Source: Eledone cirrhosa
Taxonomy: Eukaryota
Length of the DNA: 64,000 nt
Reading direction: 5' to 3'
Assembly (NCBI GenBank): GCA_964016885.1
Contig: OZ024741.1
Location: 246,822,001-246,886,000, forward strand
How positions within the stretch are numbered: position 1 is the stretch's first letter; each line of letters begins with the position of its first letter. Shown in pieces: positions 56,701 to 64,000 of this stretch. Made by a program: the position numbers and the translations under genes. A model generated the notes under the pieces. It was not told where the DNA came from. It saw only the letters and a list, made by a program, of their open reading frames with translations, and ran no database searches.

Positions 56701-59700
56701 ACAAATTATCTCCCCCTGATTTTTTTTTACAAATTATCTCCCCCTGATTTTTTTTTACAAATTATCTACCCCTGATTTTTTTTTACAAATTATCTCCCCT
56801 TGATTTTTTTTACAAATTATCTCCCCCTGATTTTTTTTTACAAATTATCTCCCCCTGATTTTTTTTTAAAAATTATCTCCCCCTGATTTTTGTTTACAAA
56901 TTATCTACCCCTGATTTTTTTTTACAAATTATCTCCCCCTGATTTTTTTAAATGTTATCTCTCCTTGGCTGGCGGGAAATTATCTCCCCTTGGACGGCTG
57001 GAAATTATCTCCCCTTGGAAGGATGGAAATTATCTCCCCTTGGACGGCTGAAAATTATCTACCCCTGATTTTTTTTACAAATTATCTCCCCCTGATTTTT
57101 TTACAAATTATCTCCGCCTGATTTTTTTAAATGTTATCTCTCCTTGGCTGGCGGGAAATTATCTCCCCTTGGACGGCTGGAAATTATCTCCCCTTGGAAG
57201 GATGGAAATTATCTCCCCTTGGACGGCTGAAAATTATCTACCCCTGATTTTTTTTACAAATTATCTCCCCCTGATTTTTTTTACAAATTATCTCCCCCTG
57301 ATTTTTTTTACAAATTATCTACCCCTGATTTTTTTTACAAATTATCTCCCCCTGATTTTTTTTACAAATTATCTCCCCCTGATTTTTTTTTACAAATTAT
57401 CTCCCCCTGATTTTTTTTTACAAATTATCTCCGCCTGATTTTTTTTACAAATTATCTCCGCCTGATTTTTTTAAATATTATCTCTCCTTGGCTGGCGGGA
57501 AATTATCTCCCCTTGGACGGCTGGAAATTATCTCCCCTTGGAAGGATGGAAATTATCTCCCCTTGGACGGCTGGAAATTATCTACCCCTGATTTTTTTTA
57601 CAAATTATCTCCCCCTGATTTTTTTACAAATTATCTCCCCCTGATTTTTTTTACAAATTATCTCCGCCTGATTTTTTTAAATGTTATCTCTCCTTGGCTG
57701 GCGGGAAATTATCTCCCCTTGGACGGCTGGAAATTATCTCCCCTTGGAAGGATGGAAATTATCTCCCCTTGGACGGCTGAAAATTATCTACCCCTGATTT
57801 TTTTTACAAATTATCTCCCCCTGATTTTTTTTACAAATTATCTCCCCCTGATTTTTTTTACAAATTATCTACCCCTGATTTTTTCTACAAATTATCTCCC
57901 CCTGATTTTTTTTACAAATTATCTCCCCCTGATTTTTTTTTTACAAATTATCTCCCCCTGATTTTTTTTTACAAATTATCTACCCCTGATTTTTTTTTAC
58001 AAATTATCTACCCCTGATTTTTTTTTACAAATTATCTCCCCCTGATTTTTTTTACAAATTATCTCCCCCTGATTTTTTTTTACAAATTATCTACATCTGA
58101 TTTTTTTACAAATTATCTCCCCTTGGCTGGCTGGAAATTATCTCCCCTTGGACGGCTAGAAATTACCTCTCCTTGGACGGCTGAAAATTATCTCCCCTTG
58201 GACGGCTGGAAATTATCTCCCCTTGATTTTTTTACAAATTATCTCCCCCTGATTTTTTTTTTACAAATTATCTCCCCCTGATTTTTTTTTACAAATTATC
58301 TACCCCTGATTTTTTTTTACAAATTATCTCCCCTTGATTTTTTTTACAAATTATCTCCCCCTGATTTTTTTTTACAAATTATCTCCACCTGATTTTTTTT
58401 TACAAATTATCTCCCCCTGATTTTTGTTTACAAATTATCTACCCCTGATTTTTTTTTACAAATTATCTCCCCCTGATTTTTTTAAATGTTATCTCTCCTT
58501 GGCTGGCGGGAAATTATCTCCCCTTGGACGGCTGGAAATTATCTCCCCTTGGAAGGATGGAAATTATCTCCCCTTGGACGGCTGAAAATTATCTACCCCT
58601 GATTTTTTTTACAAATTATCTCCCCCTGATTTTTTTACAAATTATCTCCGCCTGATTTTTTTAAATGTTATCTCTCCTTGGCTGGCGGGAAATTATCTCC
58701 CCTTGGACGGCTGGAAATTATCTCCCCTTGGAAGGATGGAAATTATCTCCCCTTGGACGGCTGAAAATTATCTACCCCTGATTTTTTTTACAAATTATCT
58801 CCCCCTGATTTTTTTTACAAATTATCTCCCCCTGATTTTTTTTACAAATTATCTACCCCTGATTTTTTTTACAAATTATCTCCCCCTGATTTTTTTTACA
58901 AATTATCTCCCCCTGATTTTTTTTTACAAATTATCTCCCCCTGATTTTTTTTTACAAATTATCTCCCCCTGATTTTTTTTACAAATTATCTCCGCCTGAT
59001 TTTTTTAAATATTATCTCTCCTTGGCTGGCGGGAAATTATCTCCCCTTGGACGGCTGGAAATTATCTCCCCTTGGAAGGATGGAAATTATCTCCCCTTGG
59101 ACGGCTGGAAATTATCTACCCCTGATTTTTTTTACAAATTATCTCCCCCTGATTTTTTTACAAATTATCTCCCCCTGATTTTTTTTACAAATTATCTCCG
59201 CCTGATTTTTTTAAATGTTATCTCTCCTTGGCTGGCGGGAAATTATCTCCCCTTGGACGGCTGGAAATTATCTCCCCTTGGAAGGATGGAAATTATCTCC
59301 CCTTGGACGGCTGAAAATTATCTACCCCTGATTTTTTTTACAAATTATCTCCCCCTGATTTTTTTTACAAATTATCTCCCCCTGATTTTTTTTACAAATT
59401 ATCTACCCCTGATTTTTTCTACAAATTATCTCCCCCTGATTTTTTTTACAAATTATCTCCCCCTGATTTTTTTTTTACAAATTATCTCCCCCTGATTTTT
59501 TTACAAATTATCTCCCCCTGATTTTTTTTTACAAATTATCTCCCCCTGATTTTTTTACAAATTATCTCCCCTTGGCTGGCTGGAAATTATCTCCCGTTGG
59601 AGGCTGGAACTTATCTCCCCTTGGACGGCTAGAAATTACCTCTCCTTGGACGGCTGGAAAATATGTCTCCTTGGACGGCTGGATATTATCTCCCCTTGGA

Positions 59701-61277
59701 CGGCTGGAAATTATCTCCCCTTGGACGGCTGGAAATTATCTCCCCTTGGATGGCTAGATATTACCTCCCCTTGGACGGCTGGAAATTATCTCCCCTTGAT
59801 TTTTTTTACAAATTATCTCCCCCTGATTTTTTTTTACAAATTATCTCCCCCTGATTTTTTTTTACAAATTATCTCCCCCTGATTTTTGTTTACAAATTAT
59901 CTCCGCCTGATTTTTTTAAAAAAATTATCTCCCCTTGGACGGCTGGAAATTATCTCCCCTTGGACGGCTAGAAATTACCTCCTTGGACGGCTGAAAATTA
60001 TCTCCCCTTGGACGGCTGGAAATTATCTCCCCTTGATTTTTTTACAAATTATCTCCCCCTGATTTTTTTTTTACAAATTATCTCCCCCTGATTTTTTTTA
60101 AAAATTATCTACCCCTGATTTTTTTTTACAAATTATCTCCCCCTGATTTTTTTTACAAATTATCTCCCCTGATTTTTTTTTACAAATTATATCCTCCTGA
60201 TTTTTTTACAAATTATCTCCCCCTGATTTTTTTTACAAATTATCTCCGCCTGATTTTTTTAAATATTATCTCTCCTTGGCTGGCGGGAAATTATCTCCCC
60301 TTGGACGGCTGGAAATTATCTCCCCTTGGAAGGATGGAAATTATCTCCCCTTGGACGGCTGGAAATTATCTACCCCTGATTTTTTTTACAAATTATCTCC
60401 CCCTGATTTTTTTACAAATTATCTCCGCCTGATTTTTTTAAATGTTATCTCTCCTTGGCTGGCGGGAAATTATCTCCCCTTGGACGGCTGGAAATTATCT
60501 CCCCTTGGAAGGATGGAAATTATCTCCCCTTGGACGGCTGGAAATTATGTACCCCTGATTTTTTTTTACAAATTATCTCCCCCTGATTTTTTTTACAAAT
60601 TATCTCCCCCTGATTTTTTTTTACAAATTATCTACCCCTGATTTTTTTACAAATTATCTCCCCTTGGCTGGCTGGAAATTATCTCCCCTTGGACGGCTAG
60701 AAATTACCTCTCCTTGGACGGCTGAAAATTATCTCCCCTTGGACGGCTGGAAATTATCTCCCCTTGATTTTTTTACAAATTATCTCCCCCTGATTTTTTT
60801 TTTACAAATTATCTCCCCCTGATTTTTTTTTACAAATTATCTACCCCTGATTTTTTTTTACAAATTATCTCCCCTTGATTTTTTTTACAAATTATCTCCC
60901 CCTGATTTTTTTTACAAATTATCTCCCCCTGATTTTTTTTTACAAATTATCTCCCCCTGATTTTTGTTTACAAATTATCTCCGCCTGATTTTTTTAAAAA
61001 AATTATCTCCCCTTGGACGGCTGGAAATTATCTCCCCTTGGACGGCTAGAAATTACCTCTCCTTGGACGGCTGAAAATTATCTCCCCTTGGACGGCTGGA
61101 AATTATCTCCCCTTGATTTTTTTACAAATTATCTCCGCCTGATTTTTTTTTTACAAATTATCTCCCCCTGATTTTTTTTTACAAATTATCTCCCCCTGAT
61201 TTTTTTTTACAAATTATCTCCCCCTGATTTTTTTTTACAAATTATCTCCCCCTAATTTTTTTACAAATTATCTCCCC

Positions 61278-62534
61278 TTGGCTGGCTGGAAATTATCTCC
61301 CCTTGGAGGCTGGAACTTATCTCCCCTTGGACGGCTAGAAATTACGTCTCCTTGGACGGCTGGAAAATATGTCTCCTTGGACGGCTGGATATTATCTCCC
61401 CTTGGACGGCTGGAAATTATCTCCCCTTGGACGGCTGGAAATTATCTCCCCTTGGATGGCTAGATATTACCTCCCCTTGGACGGCTGGAAATTATCTCCC
61501 CTTGATTTTTTTTACAAATTATCTCCCCCTGATTTTTTTTTACAAATTATCTCCCCCTGATTTTTTTTTACAAATTATCTCCCCCTGATTTTTGTTTACA
61601 AATTATCTCCGCCTGATTTTTTTAAAAAAATTATCTCCCCTTGGACGGCTGGAAATTATCTCCCCTTGGACGGCTAGAAATTACCTCTCCTTGGACGGCT
61701 GAAAATTATCTCCCCTTGGACGGCTGGAAATTATCTCCCCTTGATTTTTTTACAAATTATCTCCCCCTGATTTTTTTTTACAAATTATCTCCCCCTGATT
61801 TTTTTTTACAAATTATCTACCCCTGATTTTTTTTTACAAATTATCTCCCCCTGATTTTTTTTACAAATTATCTCCCCCTGATTTTTTTTTACAAATTATC
61901 TCCCCCTGATTTTTTTACAAATTATCTCCCCCTGATTTTTTTTACAAATTATCTCCGCCTGATTTTTTTAAATATTATCTCTCCTTGGCTGGCGGGAAAT
62001 TATCTCCCCTTGGACGGCTGGAAATTATCTCCCCTTGGAAGGATGGAAATTATCTCCCCTTGGACGGCTGGAAATTATCTACCCCTGATTTTTTTTACAA
62101 ATTATCTCCCCCTGATTTTTTTACAAATTATCTCCCCCTGATTTTTTTTACAAATTATCTCCGCCTGATTTTTTTAAATGTTATCTCTCCTTGGCTGGCG
62201 GGAAATTATCTCCCCTTGGACGGCTGGAAATTATCTCCCCTTGGAAGGATGGAAATTATCTCCCCTTGGAGGGCCGAAAATTATCTACCCCTGATTTTTT
62301 TTACAAATTATCTCCCCCTGATTTTTTTTACAAATTATCTCCCCCTGATTTTTTTTACAAATTATCTACCCCTGATTTTTTTTACAAATTATCTCCCCCG
62401 GATTTTTTTTACAAATTATCTCCCCCTGATTTTGTTTTTACAAATTATCTCCCCCTGATTTTTTTACAAATTATCTCCCCCTGATTTTTTTTTACAAATT
62501 ATCTCCCCCTGATTTTTTTACAAATTATCTCCCC
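61278..62534 (+). repeat. One complete canonical HOR unit (1,257 bp, 48 monomers: G9-T5-G4-T9-G4-T4-G4-T9)
   Basis: Monomers counted by eye. G blocks start at 61278, 61641, 61985 and 62191, and the next unit starts at 62535. Similar periods occur at 1975>3230 (1255), 14404>15657 (1253), 16713>17969 (1256) and 59022>60276 (1254). Confidence 0.9.
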
Positions 62535-64000
62535 TTGGCTGGCTGGAAATTATCTCCCCTTGGAGGCAGGAACTTATCTCCCCTTGGACGGCTAGAAATT
62601 ACCTCTCCTTGGACGGCTGGAAAATATGTCTCCTTGGACGGCTGGATATTATCTCCCCTTGGACGGCTGGAAATTATCTCCCCTTGGACGGCTGGAAATT
62701 ATCTACCCCTGATTTTTTTTACAAATTATCTCCCCCTGATTTTTTTTACAAATTATCTCCCCCTGATTTTTTTTTACAAATTATCTACCCCTGATTTTTT
62801 TACAAATTATCTCCCCTTGGCTGGCTGGAAATTATCTCCCCTTGGACGGCTAGAAATTACCTCTCCTTGGACGGCTGAAAATTATCTCCCCTTGGACGGC
62901 TGGAAATTATCTCCCCTTGATTTTTTTACAAATTATCTCCCCCTGATTTTTTTTTTACAAATTATCTCCCCCTGATTTTTTTTTACAAATTATCTACCCC
63001 TGATTTTTTTTTACAAATTATCTCCCCTTGATTTTTTTTACAAATTATCTCCCCCTGATTTTTTTTACAAATTATCTCCCCCTGATTTTTTTTTACAAAT
63101 TATCTCCCCCTGATTTTTGTTTACAAATTATCTCCGCCTGATTTTTTTTTTACAAATTATCTCCCCCTGATTTTTTTTTACAAATTATCTCCCCCTGATT
63201 TTTTTTTACAAATTATCTCCCCCTGATTTTTTTTTACAAATTATCTCCCCCTAATTTTTTTTTACAAATTATCTCCCCCTAATTTTTTTACAAATTATCT
63301 CCCCTTGGCTGGCTGGAAATTATCTCCCCTTGATTTTTTTTTACAAATTATCTCCCCCTGATTTTTTTTTACAAATTATCTCCCCCTGATTTTTTTTTAC
63401 AAATTATCTCCCCCTAATTTTTTTTTACAAATTATCTCCCCCTAATTTTTTTACAAATTATCTCCCCTTGGCTGGCTGGAAATTATCTCCCCTTGGACGG
63501 CTGGAAATTATCTCCCCTTGGACGGCTGGAAATTATCTCCCCTTGGATGGCTAGATATTACCTCCCCTTGGACGGCTGGAAATTATCTCCCCTTGATTTT
63601 TTTTACAAATTATCTCCCCCTGATTTTTTTTTACAAATTATCTCCCCCTGATTTTTTTTTACAAATTATCTCCCCCTGATTTTTGTTTACAAATTATCTC
63701 CGCCTGATTTTTTTAAAAAAATTATCTCCCCTTGGACGGCTGGAAATTATCTCCCCTTGGACGGCTAGAAATTACCTCTCCTTGGACGGCTGAAAATTAT
63801 CTCCCCTTGGACGGCTGGAAATTATCTCCCCTTGATTTTTTTACAAATTATCTCCCCCTGATTTTTTTTTTACAAATTATCTCCCCCTGATTTTTTTTAC
63901 AAATTATCTACCCCTGATTTTTTTTACAAATTATCTCCCCCTGATTTTTTTTACAAATTATCTCCCCCTGATTTTTTTTTACAAATTATCTCCCCCTGAT

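Larger units (their letters stand above)
36509..58920 (+). repeat. Tandem duplication of 10,740 bp whose second copy was lengthened by 971 bp (offset becomes 11,711)
   Basis: Offset 10740 (37119>47859, 38537>49277), then 11711 (38881>50592, 43245>54956, 46992>58703). Markers GAAATGATCT at 44511/56222 and TCTCCACCTG at 46671/58382. Confidence 0.92.
1..64000 (+). repeat. Composite tandem satellite array of two related 25-29 bp monomers, single orientation, running off both window ends
   Basis: AAATTATCTCCCC or a close variant recurs every 23-29 bp from first to last base. I saw no reverse-complement copy (GGGGAGATAATTT) on the + strand. About 2,400 monomers by length division (estimate). Confidence 0.99.

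Noticed and set aside
765-62975. All ORFs in the supplied track (NYLPLIFFT and NYLPLDGWKLSPLGRLEIISPWTAG repeats)
   Set aside because: The 25-bp consensus has no + strand stop in any frame and the 27-bp unit has a stop in only one frame, so overlapping ORFs arise automatically. Frames shift with T-tract length, most starts are TTG from the repeat, and there is no recognisable domain.
1-64000. CRISPR-like array (constant core plus variable part)
   Set aside because: The core is only about 16 bp. The variable parts are 9-13 bp and fall into two recurring classes rather than unique spacers. No leader or cas gene is present.
1-64000. Telomerase-made long telomeric repeat (as in 23-25 bp yeast repeats)
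   Set aside because: It does not match telomeric repeats I know. Multi-kb duplications with shared SNPs point to recombination or replication-based amplification, not copying from a short RNA template.
1-64000. Plasmid iterons or DnaA boxes (TTATCTCCC / TTATCTACC)
   Set aside because: Poor match to TTATCCACA, no rep gene, and the scale is far beyond any iteron cluster.
1-64000. Synthetic sequence or pure sequencing artefact
   Set aside because: Hierarchically shared substitutions, in-register deletions and nested duplications look like natural satellite evolution. Individual exact duplications still need read validation.

Overview
The whole 64 kb window is one head-to-tail tandem satellite array. 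I found no gene, RNA gene, transposon, inversion or unique sequence. It is built from two related monomers sharing the core AAATTATCTCCCC(C/T)TG. The G-type is 25 bp (AAATTATCTCCCCTTGGACGGCTGG). The T-type is 26-29 bp (AAATTATCTCCCCCTGA-T7-10-AC). They form an ordered higher-order repeat (HOR) of about 1.25 kb and 48 monomers, G9-T5-G4-T9-G4-T4-G4-T9, with position-specific variants. This HOR has been re-amplified by nested duplications of about 1.0, 1.1, 1.5, 2.2, 5.2, 10.7/11.7 and 21-27 kb, whose junctions and partial order can be read from rare SNPs and ORF-track offsets. All listed ORFs are by-products of the repeat. The organism and function cannot be determined from this window. A eukaryotic centromeric, pericentromeric or subtelomeric satellite is the most plausible reading, but that is inference. 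Analysis was by eye, so boundaries are approximate (tens of bp).
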